A DNA stretch of 64,000 nt from Candidatus Aenigmatarchaeota archaeon (GTDB lineage Archaea > Aenigmatarchaeota > Aenigmatarchaeia > GW2011-AR5 > JAHLMP01). The notes below the pieces were generated by a model that saw only the letters and a program-made list of their open reading frames with translations, did not search any database and was not told the origin of the DNA. Positions within the stretch are counted from its first letter, which is position 1; the number at the start of each line of letters is the position of its first letter. The stretch covers positions 68,206 to 132,205 of the forward strand of contig JAHLMP010000001.1 of assembly GCA_018920315.1 (NCBI GenBank), written 5' to 3'. A program made the translations under genes and the position numbers. Positions 1-10,559 of this stretch are shown here, in pieces.

Positions 1-2575
1 TCCTTGTTAAATAAAATAATTTTAATTTATTTAGATATTCTTCTTTTTTACTTCCAGTTATATTTTTCTCTTTACAATAATCTTCGAAATCTTCCAATAT
101 CTTTTTAGGAATCTCTAAGCTATCAACCTTTTCTAATAATTCATTATCAATCTCCTTATCAAAAATAAAATCTTCTATCAAAAGCTTTCCACTCTCTGAT
201 TTCCATGGGTCTAACCCATCCTCTCCAGCAAGAAACTGAATTATCATTCCATGAGAATCTTTCACAGTTAGATCTTCGTCTACGTATAAATCTTGCAAAG
301 TATTAACTAATCTTCTTTCCATGTAGCCACTGTGTCTTGTTTGAAGCGATTTATCCATTAAATTCTCTCTTGAAGATGCTGCATCAAAGAAAAAGCCTAT
401 GGGATCTAACCCCTCCTTATAGTTTCCAAAAACGAAACCATAACCACGAAGGTTCTTCTTTCCTTTTTCAAAATGACTTGTCGTTCTATTTATATATCCT
501 CTATCTATAATTCTTCCTTCTATTACCTTTTGTCCAACTATTCCTGACATTTGCGTTATTGTTACATAACTTCCTCTTGCTCCACTTTTTGCCATGTGAA
601 CAACGTTATTATCTCTAATCTCTTCTTTTATAATTTTGCTTACATTATTTACTATTTCGCTTCCAAAGGATAATATTGTATCTTCATCAATTATGGCTTT
701 CTTTGCTTCAAACTCTTCTTCTTTTTCCGTGCAAATCTTTTCTATCCTCTTCTTAGCACTTTCTGAAATATCTGAATCCGCAAGAGAAATTGTAAAACCT
801 TTCATAGATAGATATTCTAACGCCATTCTTGATGCAGATTCTAAGAATTTCTTAGCTTCTTCATGACCAAATTGATATTCAATCTTACTTAACAACTTCC
901 CTTTCTGCTCTCCAACTGCATTCTCATCTATAACTCCTTTTATTAATTTTCCATTTTTTATCACTACCATCTCGTCTTCTGTTCCAACACCAGCAGCAGA
1001 TTTAAATTCAATGTTCAAACCTTTTGGAAGAATAAGAGAAAACAATTCTTTTCCGCTCATTTCTCTTATTTCATCTTTCATTTTTAATACATGCTCACAA
1101 CCAAAAGTAGCTAATAATAATCTTGCAACCTCTTTTTTACTTAGCTTCTTTTCTTTTGTTAGTAAATACAATCCCGAGATATGATCATGTTTAAGTGCAA
1201 TTACAGGTTTTCCGTATCGAGGTGACCTTATATGCTTTTCTACAACCATCAATTCTTCTGCCTCAACTCTAGCTTCCTCTGTTTGTGGTACATGGAAATT
1301 CATCTCATCGCCATCAAAATCTGCATTATAAGGGATTGTAGTAGGAAGGTTAAGTGTAAATGTCTTCCATGGAGTTACTCGCACATAATGGGCCATCATA
1401 GACATGCGATGTAGTGAAGGCTGACGATTGAAAATTCCAACATCTCCATCAATAAGGTGCCTTTCTACAATATAACCTTCAGTAAGCTCTTTCGCAATTT
1501 CCTCTTTATTTTCTTCTGTTATTTTCTTTCTAAGACCATCTGGTCTTATTACATAGTTTGCTCCTGGATAATTGTTTCCATTTAAAACATACTTGCGAAT
1601 TTCTTCAATATTATCCTTAGTAACTATTACAGGAATCGTGAGCTCTTTTGCTACAACTAATGGAACGCCTACTTCATTTATTCCAATCATTGTATCTGGA
1701 GAAATTACACTTCTTGCAGCAAAGTTTACTCTCTTTCCAGTAAGATTTCCTCTAAATCTTCCCTCTTTCTTTTCTAATCTTTGTACAAGAGTTTTTAGTG
1801 CTCTTCCGCTACGATGTCTTGCCGGAGGTATTCCTGGGAGTTCATTATCAATATAAGTAGAGACATGATATTGTAATAGCTCCCAAATGTCATTGATTAT
1901 AAACTCAGGAGCTCCCAATTCGATATTCTTCTTCAATCTATCGTTTATTCTTACTATGTCAACAAGCTTATGGGTTAAATCATCCTCGCTCTTTCCACCT
2001 GTTTCAAATGTTATTGAAGGTCTTACTGTTACAGGAGGTATTGGCAAAACAGTTAAAACAAGCCATTCTGGTCTTCCTCCTTTTATTTTTAGAAATTCTA
2101 AATCTTCATTTGGAATTTTTTCTAATCTTTCTCTTATCTCTTCTGGTGTTAGTCTTTTATCTCCTTCCATTATTGTTGTTGGCTTTTCAAAAACTATCTC
2201 TTTTTGTTTTTCTCCGCAATGAGGGCATTTGACAATTTTTACATTCTCATCAATTTTACTCTTGTCCTCGAACAAAACTCTTCCACACTTTCTGCAAGTA
2301 AGTTTAAGAATCTTGTAAATTCTTTTTGCATATAAAGGATTTATCACAGGTTTTGCAAGCTCTAAGTAGCCAAAATGGCCTAAACATTCTCCTATTCTTC
2401 CATTACATACTCTACATCTCATGCCTGGATCAATAACTCCTAAGCGCAAATCTCTGAGCCCACCTTCTATAGGAAATCCATCAGCATCATAAAGCTCTGC
2501 CTTCATAACTTCGCAACTTGCCATCTTTTTTATAAGTGCTGGCGAAAGCAACCCAAATTCTATTGCTTCAATCAT
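1..2575 (-). CDS. rpoA1: DNA-directed RNA polymerase subunit A' (Rpo1N); 3' end runs off the left edge
   Basis: Absent from the ORF track because it is edge-truncated. Reverse translation from the ATG at 2575 gives MIEAIEFGLLSPALIKKMASCEVMKAELYDADGFPIEGGLRDLRLGVIDPGMRCRVCNGRIGECLGHFGYLELAKPV. The catalytic NADFDGDEMNFH motif is encoded around 1295-1330. The frame is open to base 1. The ATG overlaps the rpoB stop by 8 nt, and the order rpoH-rpoB-rpoA' is canonical for archaea. Confidence 0.93.
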   Translation of the reverse strand, partial: MIEAIEFGLLSPALIKKMASCEVMKAELYDADGFPIEGGLRDLRLGVIDPGMRCRVCNGRIGECLGHFGYLELAKPVINPLYAKRIYKILKLTCRKCGRVLFEDKSKIDENVKIVKCPHCGEKQKEIVFEKPTTIMEGDKRLTPEEIRERLEKIPNEDLEFLKIKGGRPEWLVLTVLPIPPVTVRPSITFETGGKSEDDLTHKLVDIVRINDRLKKNIELGAPEFIINDIWELLQYHVSTYIDNELPGIPPARHRSGRALKTLVQRLEKKEGRFRGNLTGKRVNFAARSVISPDTMIGINEVGVPLVVAKELTIPVIVTKDNIEEIRKYVLNGNNYPGANYVIRPDGLRKKITEENKEEIAKELTEGYIVERHLIDGDVGIFNRQPSLHRMSMMAHYVRVTPWKTFTLNLPTTIPYNADFDGDEMNFHVPQTEEARVEAEELMVVEKHIRSPRYGKPVIALKHDHISGLYLLTKEKKLSKKEVARLLLATFGCEHVLKMKDEIREMSGKELFSLILPKGLNIEFKSAAGVGTEDEMVVIKNGKLIKGVIDENAVGEQKGKLLSKIEYQFGHEEAKKFLESASRMALEYLSMKGFTISLADSDISESAKKRIEKICTEKEEEFEAKKAIIDEDTILSFGSEIVNNVSKIIKEEIRDNNVVHMAKSGARGSYVTITQMSGIVGQKVIEGRIIDRGYINRTTSHFEKGKKNLRGYGFVFGNYKEGLDPIGFFFDAASSRENLMDKSLQTRHSGYMERRLVNTLQDLYVDEDLTVKDSHGMIIQFLAGEDGLDPWKSESGKLLIEDFIFDKEIDNELLEKVDSLEIPKKILEDFEDYCKEKNITGSKKEEYLNKLKLFYLTR

Positions 2576-5500
2576 TTTTCTCCTCCTCTTTTACAATTAT
2601 CTTTGGATAAATTCCCATGCATTTGAGCTCATTTAGCATTAAATTAAATGCGTAGCTCATTTCAACATCTACTATCTTACTCTTTTTGCAAATTGGACAA
2701 TATTTTTTACCTTTTGCAAAGTCTTGAATTGCAACTAAGCCACATTTAGAGCAAACTGGTATTATAGCCTTGTCTGAAGAAAATCTTTCTTTTAGCAATA
2801 AGGTTGCACCATGCGCTATTAAACAGTCTTTTTCCATCTCTCCCAATCTTAATCCACCATGTTTTGCTCTCCCTTCTGTCGGTTGTTTTGTTAATAGAGT
2901 AACTGGCCCTCTTGCCCTTACTTGAATCTTGTTCGCAACCATATGATGAAGTTTTTGATAATAAATCGGCCCTATAGTAATTCTTTGAGAGAATTGCTCG
3001 CCAGTAATACCATGCCTCATAATCTCAGTACAATCTTCTGGATAGCCAGCGTTTTTCAACTTTTCTCTTAGCTCTTTTTCAAAACTCTTCATAAATACGC
3101 TACCATCAACATCCTCGCAATAAATAGCAGCAACTTTTGCTCCAAGAATTTCTAAAAGTTGTCCTAATGTCATTCTTGATGGTATTGAATGAGGATTGAC
3201 TATTATGTCTGGAGTTATTCCATCTTTTGTGTAAGGCATATCTTCTGGAGGAACAATTAGAGCTATAACACCTTTTTGTCCATGCCTTGTTGCGAATTTG
3301 TCTCCTAATTCTGGAACTCTTTGTTCTCTTAAAGTTATCTTTACTAATTTGTTTCCATCTATAGTTTCGGTAATCATCACCTTATCTACAATTCCTTGCT
3401 CACCGTGGCGAACAGTTTCAGAAGTTTCATATCTATTTTGCGTCTCTAATAAAAAGCTTTCTACTGGACCGAAAAATCTTAGTGGAGAAGTTTTTCCTAT
3501 TAAAACTTCATCTTCGTTAACCATTGTCTCAGGATTTACTATTCCATCTTCATCGAGCCAACGATAACTTTCCTCTTGTCTATAGCCCCTAATTCCTTTT
3601 GGAGGAATTCTTATTTCATCTCTTTCAATTGCCCAATATTTTCTTTCTTCTGTTTCATAAGTTCTGAAGAAGATACTTCTTCCTATGCCACGCTCTATAG
3701 ATGCTTTATTTATTATTATTGCGTCCTCCATATTATAACCATAGAAGCTCATCAACGCAACAACAACATTTTGGCCATGTGGATATTTATTTATGTAGGT
3801 TTCTTTTCCAACAATAGTAGAAACTAATGGTTTTTGTGGATATATTATTATATCTGCTTTTGTATCTGTCCTCAATAGAAAATTCGAGACATATAGTCCT
3901 AAACTTTGGCCACACATCTTTGCTCCAATATTTACTCTATCTCCTCGATCATGATTCGAATAAGGTATTAGGTTTGCAGAAATTCCAAGCATTGTGCCTG
4001 GATTTATTTCTAGATGTGTATGCTTTTTCGAGATTTCCCATGGCCAAATAGCAACTAAAGCATCTTCCTCTTCTTCTGCATCAAGATACTCTATTACTCC
4101 TTGTTTTACTAAATCGCTCCATTTCAATTTACCCTCTTTTAAAAGCTCGATATGCTTTTCAGTTAATTTCGGTTTCATATCATCTAATATTATAAGAGGT
4201 CTCATCAATCTTCCTGCATCACAATTTATTCTTATTTCATTAAGCTCTTCTAACCAAGAGATTCCGATATAAGGACTTATTAAACCCATTCTTCTTTTTT
4301 GTCTTATCTTTTCTACAAGCTCTTTTGGTCTAGATGTTCGTCCTATCAATCTACCATTTAAGAATATTGGCACATCTCCTTTTTCATCACGAACTATTTC
4401 ATATATTGCATTTATATCCTCTTTACTTGCTGTCTTAGAAACAATTGCAAATACTGCAAGGTATTTTCTCAAACCAATATTCACGCCTTCCGGCGTTTCC
4501 TCTGCGCAAAGTCTTCCAAACTGAGTAGGATGTAATGTTCTTGCCTTAAAGTGCTCTTGAGAAGAGGATAGTGGAGAAACAACATTTCGCATATGATCTA
4601 TTGCTCTTATCCAATTTGTCCTTTCTAATCTTTGGCATATGCCTGTTAATCCTCCTACCCATTGTCCAGTAGCCATGTGAGATATTAGTCTACTTGTCAA
4701 ATAGCCTCCTTCAACAATAGATTGTAGTGAAGGTATCTTTCCACGCTTGGACATTCTTTGGTAACGATATATTATTCTTGTTATTAATCCATACTTTCCT
4801 AGAAGAATAGATCTTATGAGCGTTTCGAGAAAGTCGCCTACACATCTTATTCTCTTATTTCCATAGTGATCAATATCTTGTTTTTCGATCTCTCCTGCTG
4901 CCAAAGCAATAAGTTTTCTTGCAACCAAGCAAAGATAAATGGCCTTTTCTTTTCTATTTTTTTTATCTTGTCCTATATGAGGCAGTAAATAATTGTCAAG
5001 AATTTCATTAACTCTACTTATCCTTTCTTGTGTAATATGTAATTTTTTCGCAATATATATTTTCGCTTCTTCAGAAGTTTTGACATCAAACTCTGAAATA
5101 TTATAATAAAGATATTCCTCCATTGCTTTAGTAGGAGAGATTAAATCAATTATCTCTTTATCTGTTTCCATTCCTAGAGCTCTTAAAAGTATTATTAAAG
5201 GTAACTTCTTTACATTAGCAAAAGAAATATACAAAATTCCATCTTTTCTTTCTATAAGATGCATTTGAACAAAGCCTGCGCGCTCAGAATTTATTCTTGC
5301 TATTTCAACATCTTTTCTTTTTTCAATAATTGGAAGGTTGGAAAGAATTTGCTCACTCATTACAACTACTCTTTCAGTCCCATTTATTATGAAATAACCT
5401 CCAGGATCGTCTGGGTCTTCTCCAAGTGCTATAAGTTCTTCTCTGCTTAGCTTACTTAATAAACACTTCTCGCTTTTTATCATAATAGGAAGCTCTCCTA

Positions 5501-5885
5501 TTTTTACTTCTTGTTTTTCTTGTTCTACTCCATTTATTACAGGTGTCATCTCTACTATAATTGGCGATGCATACGTAAGATTTCTGATTCTTGCTTCCAT
5601 TGGTGTTATCTGTCTTACTGCACCATCAGCCTCTTTTATACATGGGGATTCTACCCTTACTCTTCCTAACCTTATTCTAAAATCTCCTGCTTCAGTTTCT
5701 AACTGAATTTCCTTTATACTATCTATTATATTTTGCAATCTATAATTTACAAATTCGTTGAAAGAATCTATTTGATGTTTTACAAATCCATACTCTTCTT
5801 TAAATGCCTTTATCAGTACTCTATAATTTTCAAGAAGTCTTTCTTTAAGTATAATATCCTCTTCTAATTTGGCCATACCGATCAT
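2568..5885 (-). CDS. rpoB: DNA-directed RNA polymerase subunit B (unsplit, 1105 aa)
   Basis: Full-length ORF with typical Rpo2 motifs (GDKFATRHGQKG, GLRLGEMEKDC, C-terminal Zn ribbon CSKCG...CPICK). It lies between rpoH and rpoA'. Confidence 0.97.
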   Translation of the reverse strand: MIGMAKLEEDIILKERLLENYRVLIKAFKEEYGFVKHQIDSFNEFVNYRLQNIIDSIKEIQLETEAGDFRIRLGRVRVESPCIKEADGAVRQITPMEARIRNLTYASPIIVEMTPVINGVEQEKQEVKIGELPIMIKSEKCLLSKLSREELIALGEDPDDPGGYFIINGTERVVVMSEQILSNLPIIEKRKDVEIARINSERAGFVQMHLIERKDGILYISFANVKKLPLIILLRALGMETDKEIIDLISPTKAMEEYLYYNISEFDVKTSEEAKIYIAKKLHITQERISRVNEILDNYLLPHIGQDKKNRKEKAIYLCLVARKLIALAAGEIEKQDIDHYGNKRIRCVGDFLETLIRSILLGKYGLITRIIYRYQRMSKRGKIPSLQSIVEGGYLTSRLISHMATGQWVGGLTGICQRLERTNWIRAIDHMRNVVSPLSSSQEHFKARTLHPTQFGRLCAEETPEGVNIGLRKYLAVFAIVSKTASKEDINAIYEIVRDEKGDVPIFLNGRLIGRTSRPKELVEKIRQKRRMGLISPYIGISWLEELNEIRINCDAGRLMRPLIILDDMKPKLTEKHIELLKEGKLKWSDLVKQGVIEYLDAEEEEDALVAIWPWEISKKHTHLEINPGTMLGISANLIPYSNHDRGDRVNIGAKMCGQSLGLYVSNFLLRTDTKADIIIYPQKPLVSTIVGKETYINKYPHGQNVVVALMSFYGYNMEDAIIINKASIERGIGRSIFFRTYETEERKYWAIERDEIRIPPKGIRGYRQEESYRWLDEDGIVNPETMVNEDEVLIGKTSPLRFFGPVESFLLETQNRYETSETVRHGEQGIVDKVMITETIDGNKLVKITLREQRVPELGDKFATRHGQKGVIALIVPPEDMPYTKDGITPDIIVNPHSIPSRMTLGQLLEILGAKVAAIYCEDVDGSVFMKSFEKELREKLKNAGYPEDCTEIMRHGITGEQFSQRITIGPIYYQKLHHMVANKIQVRARGPVTLLTKQPTEGRAKHGGLRLGEMEKDCLIAHGATLLLKERFSSDKAIIPVCSKCGLVAIQDFAKGKKYCPICKKSKIVDVEMSYAFNLMLNELKCMGIYPKIIVKEEEKND

Positions 5886-5894
5886 CTTATATTT

Positions 5895-6122
5895 TTAAAC
5901 AACAACCCTATAGTAATAATATTCTCCTGCTAACTGAGATTTTCTTGTTATTCTTATAATATCTCCTTTCTTTGCTCCAATCAACTTTACTATTGGATCT
6001 GTTGCTAGTATCTTTGGTAGATGTTTTTTTGTAGTATTATATTTTTTCAACAACTCTTCCTCTTCTTCTTTGCTCAGAATTTCGTGCTTAGGAACAAGTT
6101 CATTATCTAATATGTCAATCAA
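5895..6122 (-). CDS. rpoH: RNA polymerase subunit H (Rpo5)
   Basis: A 75-aa ORF with [12 protein letters not shown]...[28 protein letters not shown], typical of RpoH, directly upstream of rpoB. The start codon is TTG, preceded by GAGGGTG (SD-like) 6 nt upstream. Confidence 0.9.
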   Translation of the reverse strand: MIDILDNELVPKHEILSKEEEEELLKKYNTTKKHLPKILATDPIVKLIGAKKGDIIRITRKSQLAGEYYYYRVVV

Positions 6123-6288
6123 GTCAACACCCTCAACAATAAATAGTAAGATATATCATAAAAAATATATTTTTGCAAATATATCTAAACTGATAGCTAA
6201 ATTTAATTCTACCAAATAAAAATATTTAAACCTTTCGGTAATTAAAATTCAAGTGAGATTTGGTAAGATAGCCTTCTATTTTGCTTTC

Positions 6289-7299
6289 TTACTTTCTTAA
6301 AATTTCCTTTATTCTATCTTGTAGCGGAACTTCATCTACGTTAACATTTCTCATCTTTCCAAGATGCAGGCTAATAATATCTCCGCGATATATTAAAGAA
6401 AATAATTTTGCAAGCTTGTTTTCTCCAATGCTCCATATCTCTTTTATTATTGCTCTATTTTTCAAAATATCTTCAGTATATTCAATCCTTTTTATAATCC
6501 TTTCATTTTCATCCTTAGTTCTCAAGAAAATTACAGCAAAATTGCTTTTCTTAACCTCTTGCCAACCAGAAATTTCATTATGATTTAATTCTGGAAGCAA
6601 AGAAAACCAAGAGAGCATTTTACTATTCTCGTTTATTTGTGTTTTAATTCTCGTTGCCACGCCTTTTAAATGCTCAGAAGAATAAATCAAGATTGCATCC
6701 TTTTTATAAAAAAGCTTTGCAATCTCATAAAGCATGCCCTCTTGTTTTAGCTCTTTTTTCTTTTTATCAAAATTTTCTTCTCTTATCTTTTCAATAATTT
6801 CAATTGCTTCTTCAATTCCTTCTAAAATCATAAGCTCTTTTTTGAAGCTATCAATTATCTTTAATAGAGATATAAACAAGAATGGAAAAGCAGCTCTTGG
6901 CTTTAGTTTAGGAGGTATCTTTATTAAAGGTATTTTATATTTCTTGCAAAGATTTTCTAAAATTCCGTTTGAAGTTATGCAAACTATTTTTGCCTTTTTC
7001 TTTATCGCTTGCTTAAAACAACTAATAGTTTCTTCTGTATTTCCAGAATATGAAATTAAAATAACTAAAGAATCCTCCTTTACAAAATTTGGAAGTTCGT
7101 AATACCTGCAAACCTCTATAGGAATTTCTATTTTATCTTTTATCAAATCTATTAAAACATCACCACTTATTGCAGAACCTCCCATTCCAACAATTACTAT
7201 ATTTTTCAGCTTTTTCTCGATGATAAAATCTACTTCTTTTTTCAAAGCTTTTTTCATCATTTCAGGAAATTCATACAAAGATTTTTCTATCTCGCTCAT
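6289..7299 (-). CDS. bifunctional phosphoglucose/phosphomannose isomerase-like (SIS domain)
   Basis: 336 aa. It has the SIS nucleotide/sugar-phosphate binding pattern VIVGMGGSAISGD...ISYSGNTEET and the length and layout of archaeal PGI/PMI. Confidence 0.7.
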   Translation of the reverse strand: MSEIEKSLYEFPEMMKKALKKEVDFIIEKKLKNIVIVGMGGSAISGDVLIDLIKDKIEIPIEVCRYYELPNFVKEDSLVILISYSGNTEETISCFKQAIKKKAKIVCITSNGILENLCKKYKIPLIKIPPKLKPRAAFPFLFISLLKIIDSFKKELMILEGIEEAIEIIEKIREENFDKKKKELKQEGMLYEIAKLFYKKDAILIYSSEHLKGVATRIKTQINENSKMLSWFSLLPELNHNEISGWQEVKKSNFAVIFLRTKDENERIIKRIEYTEDILKNRAIIKEIWSIGENKLAKLFSLIYRGDIISLHLGKMRNVNVDEVPLQDRIKEILRK

Positions 7300-7312
7300 G
7301 CTATCTCATTCC

Positions 7313-8266
7313 TTATCTTTTATTATTTTCTAAATTCTCGAAATAAATTTTCTTAGCAATTCTTGCAGCTCCGATTGAAGGCTCTTTGACTATAATTATT
7401 CTATTTCTAAAACTTTTCTTTAGCTCTTCTAGAATAATCTTTGAATTAAATACGCTTCCGACAAGTGCAATCTTAAAATTATCTTTAAGTTCAACCCTTT
7501 TTGCAACTGCCTTTATTCCAATGACGTATTCTCTTGCGCAATCTTTCAATATCTTTTTAGCAATGCTATCTCCTTTCTTTGTCGCGATATCTGCAAGTGG
7601 AGCAAAACTCGCAACAATAGCTTTCATCTTTTCTTTATAAACAACATCTTTAATCTCTCTCATGTTTTTTATCTTTGCTTTCTTCATTACCAACTTTTCT
7701 AGTAATGTCTTCTTTCCTCTTCCGTCATAGCTTCTTAAAGCTGCTCTTAATACCCTTTGTCCAATATCAAATGCGCTACCTTCGTCAGCAAGAATATATT
7801 CTAATCCACCTGCCCATGCCTTTTTATCTTTATTTACCCCGAGAAAATTTGATCCAGTGCCACCAATTGCTGCAACACCATTTTCTATATTTGCTGCAGG
7901 AAGTATAATTTCAGTATCATTCATAAGAATAATTTTTGCTTCTCTTTCAAGTAATTTTCCAATCTTACCTTTTCTTATTCTATCTAAAACAATTTTTCTA
8001 TCATTTTCTGAATCTATAGAAGCAAGGCCGAAGCAAATTGCATCGATCCTCTTTACTTTTCTTAAACATTCTTTTATCAGTTTATAAAGATTTTCTTCTG
8101 CTGTATCAAGTCCAAGAACCTTGTAATTACTTCCTTTCCCGAAAAGCTTTAGCAATATTTTTTCATTCTCATCTATTGCTACAAGTTTAGTTTTTGTTGC
8201 TCCTCCATCAATTCCAACAAAAACTAAGCGTTTATTGCTTTTATTCATTTTCTTCATCTTTCTCAA
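7313..8266 (-). CDS. BadF/BadG/BcrA/BcrD-type ATPase, putative hexose/GlcNAc kinase
   Basis: The motifs VFVGIDGGATKTKLV and GGTGSN are typical of the N-acetylglucosamine-kinase-like ASKHA family. The track start at 8266 is TTG and overlaps the HIT gene. The ATGs at 8257 or 8248 are more likely starts. Confidence 0.6.
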   Translation of the reverse strand: MRKMKKMNKSNKRLVFVGIDGGATKTKLVAIDENEKILLKLFGKGSNYKVLGLDTAEENLYKLIKECLRKVKRIDAICFGLASIDSENDRKIVLDRIRKGKIGKLLEREAKIILMNDTEIILPAANIENGVAAIGGTGSNFLGVNKDKKAWAGGLEYILADEGSAFDIGQRVLRAALRSYDGRGKKTLLEKLVMKKAKIKNMREIKDVVYKEKMKAIVASFAPLADIATKKGDSIAKKILKDCAREYVIGIKAVAKRVELKDNFKIALVGSVFNSKIILEELKKSFRNRIIIVKEPSIGAARIAKKIYFENLENNKR

Positions 8267-8747
8267 AAATTTCTTTATGTTTCATTAATCTTTCAAATGT
8301 TTCATTTAGACTTTCTGACATAACCTTAGTTTTTGAAACTACTTCCATAAAGCCAAAATCTGTTTTAAATCTAGGAACAATATGAATATGCAAATGATTC
8401 TCAATAGAAGCTCCACTATATTTTCCCATATTTATACCGATATTAAAACCTGTTGGCTTTAAAGAAATTCTTAGAATTTTTATACATCTCTTTACAATGG
8501 CAAAAAGCTTTTTTATCTCCTCATCGCTTAAATCATCAATACTTTTAATATGTTTAACCGGTGCTACCATCAAATGACCTGTATTATAAGGAAAGGTATT
8601 CATCATAACAAGAACATCTTTATCTTTGAATAGAATTTTTGCTTTTTCCTTGCCTATAGCAACTTTGCAGAATAAACAACCTTTATATCTTCTCTTCTTT
8701 TCTTCAAGCCATTTCATTCGATTTGTAAAAATCCAACTCTCTATCAT
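8241..8747 (-). CDS. HIT (histidine triad) family nucleotide hydrolase/transferase
   Basis: The histidine triad HLHIHIVPR is present, and the 168-aa length fits. Confidence 0.85.
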   Translation of the reverse strand: MIESWIFTNRMKWLEEKKRRYKGCLFCKVAIGKEKAKILFKDKDVLVMMNTFPYNTGHLMVAPVKHIKSIDDLSDEEIKKLFAIVKRCIKILRISLKPTGFNIGINMGKYSGASIENHLHIHIVPRFKTDFGFMEVVSKTKVMSESLNETFERLMKHKEIFEKDEENE

Positions 8748-8779
8748 AAAATCAACTTATGAAAATTCTCTTTCATATT

Positions 8780-10525
8780 TTATTTGCCTGCTCCTTTCAA
8801 ATATTTTCTAATTTCCTCTTCAACAATCTCACTCTCTGCTTTATTTTTTACTTTACTCATCACTGCTCCTAGTAATCTTTTAACATCTTTCTCATTAGTA
8901 TTTATGATTGTTTCCTTTATTATTCTTCTTATTTCTTCAATTGGCATTAACTCATATTTCTTCTCTATTTCTTCAAAGTTATTTCCATGGGCAAGCTCTA
9001 TAATAATCTCTCGTATAGCCTTTTTCGAAATCTTACCTTTCTCAATAGCATCAAAAATTTTTTCCAATTCTTTCTCATCTATTTTTTCTATATCTATTCC
9101 TTCTCTTCTTAACTCGGTAAAAGTAGATGTAAATGTTATAGAAGCTATCCTAATGGTTCTCTCGCTCTTATTTTTAATTATCTTTTCAAATAGCGGGAAA
9201 TATTTTGAAATTACCAATTGCTCTGCTATATCATTTCCTATAATCTTTTCCATTTCTTTTTTCCTTTCCAATAGACTTTTTATTCTCTTTGGTTTTGGCC
9301 AATTAGCTATTGGTAATAGATCTGTCTCTGGGTACATTCTCGCAGAACCTGGTAATGGTCTTGCATAACTTGTTGTTGCATTTTCATTTGGTCTTCTTGT
9401 TTCTTCTGGCACGCCAATTCTAAGATATTCAACTCTATTTTTAATCTCTTCTATTGCCCTTCTAGCTTCTAGGCCATGAGTTACAATTATTATATCATTT
9501 GATCCAATTTCAAAATTTTTTTCTATCTTTGAAAATATTTCTTTATTTTTTTCATCGTTCAAAAAATTTGAATATAAATCACAATTGTAAACCCCACCAT
9601 AGTCAAGAAGCTCATCTAACAAAATTTTTTTCTCGCATAAAATTCTTTGAGCAAATCTTTCAAAATTCTTAACAAAAAGAATATGCATTTCATCGATCTC
9701 TCTTATATTAACATCTATTTTTTGATTTCTTAACTCTTCTCTTATATCAAGTAAACTAACTTGTCTTTTTATTTCATTTTCTATTAACTTATCTAAACTT
9801 CTGAGCTCTTGCCAACCTTTTATTTCAACTCTAGCCCCTTTGGCTATAGAGATGTTAACATCTTGTCTTATGCTTCCTATCCCTCTTTTTACATTAAATG
9901 TTCTAAGAAAAATTCCCAAATCCTTTGCAATCCTTTTAGCATCTTCAGGATTTTTTATATCGGGTTCTGTTCCTATCTCTATTAGAGGGATTCCTAACCT
10001 AGAAAGAGAATAATACACGTATTTACCTTCTTGCTTTATTGGCTTTGCTGAATCTTCTTCTAGGCACAATGATTTTATTCTTATTCCATTAAATTTTGCA
10101 GGTCCCAAGCCAACTAGTAATGTTCTTTGAAAGCTTGTTATTGCCGAGCCATCTAACACGATCTTTCTCATTATATGAAGCTCGTGCGGGACCCATAGCT
10201 CTAAGTTATGTGCAATATTTATTGCTATTTCTAAAGCATCTTTATTTATTTCATGAGGTGGTTCTTCATCTAAATCTACTAAGCAGCACTCATCCTCATA
10301 ACCATAATAAATAAACTCTCTGTTTCTAAAAAACTCAAAAAGAGCTGCTCTATCTACTTCCCCGAGTTCAGAGACAACTGGTCTTAACTTTCTTTTAACT
10401 TCATAAATAAGGTTATCTTCTCTCATTTCAGAAGAGCAAGAACAAAACAATTTTTTTGTATTTAGCTGTTGATGTATTTCAAGTCCAATTTTGACGTTTA
10501 ATTTCTCATAATCCAAGCTTTCCAT
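8780..10525 (-). CDS. gatE: Glu-tRNA(Gln) amidotransferase subunit E
   Basis: The N-terminus KIGLEIHQQLNTKKLFCSCS is typical of GatB/E. The 581-aa length with an internal insertion fits archaeal GatE. Confidence 0.85.
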   Translation of the reverse strand: MESLDYEKLNVKIGLEIHQQLNTKKLFCSCSSEMREDNLIYEVKRKLRPVVSELGEVDRAALFEFFRNREFIYYGYEDECCLVDLDEEPPHEINKDALEIAINIAHNLELWVPHELHIMRKIVLDGSAITSFQRTLLVGLGPAKFNGIRIKSLCLEEDSAKPIKQEGKYVYYSLSRLGIPLIEIGTEPDIKNPEDAKRIAKDLGIFLRTFNVKRGIGSIRQDVNISIAKGARVEIKGWQELRSLDKLIENEIKRQVSLLDIREELRNQKIDVNIREIDEMHILFVKNFERFAQRILCEKKILLDELLDYGGVYNCDLYSNFLNDEKNKEIFSKIEKNFEIGSNDIIIVTHGLEARRAIEEIKNRVEYLRIGVPEETRRPNENATTSYARPLPGSARMYPETDLLPIANWPKPKRIKSLLERKKEMEKIIGNDIAEQLVISKYFPLFEKIIKNKSERTIRIASITFTSTFTELRREGIDIEKIDEKELEKIFDAIEKGKISKKAIREIIIELAHGNNFEEIEKKYELMPIEEIRRIIKETIINTNEKDVKRLLGAVMSKVKNKAESEIVEEEIRKYLKGAGK

Positions 10526-10559
10526 ATTTATTTATTTTTGCTAAACAAATAAAAATTCC

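Noticed and set aside
636-5450. Plus-strand track ORFs (636..866, 1232..1414, 1572..1856, 1887..2222, 3298..3567, 3994..4272, etc.) lying inside the rpoA'/rpoB region
   Set aside because: They are antisense to unmistakable RNA polymerase genes. Their translations are low-complexity Ser/Phe/Leu/Ile-rich strings typical of the reverse strand of AT-rich coding DNA. The same reasoning applies to the other short antisense ORFs nested in larger genes throughout the window, such as 6281..6583, 8784..9368, 14674..14979 and 58965..59258.
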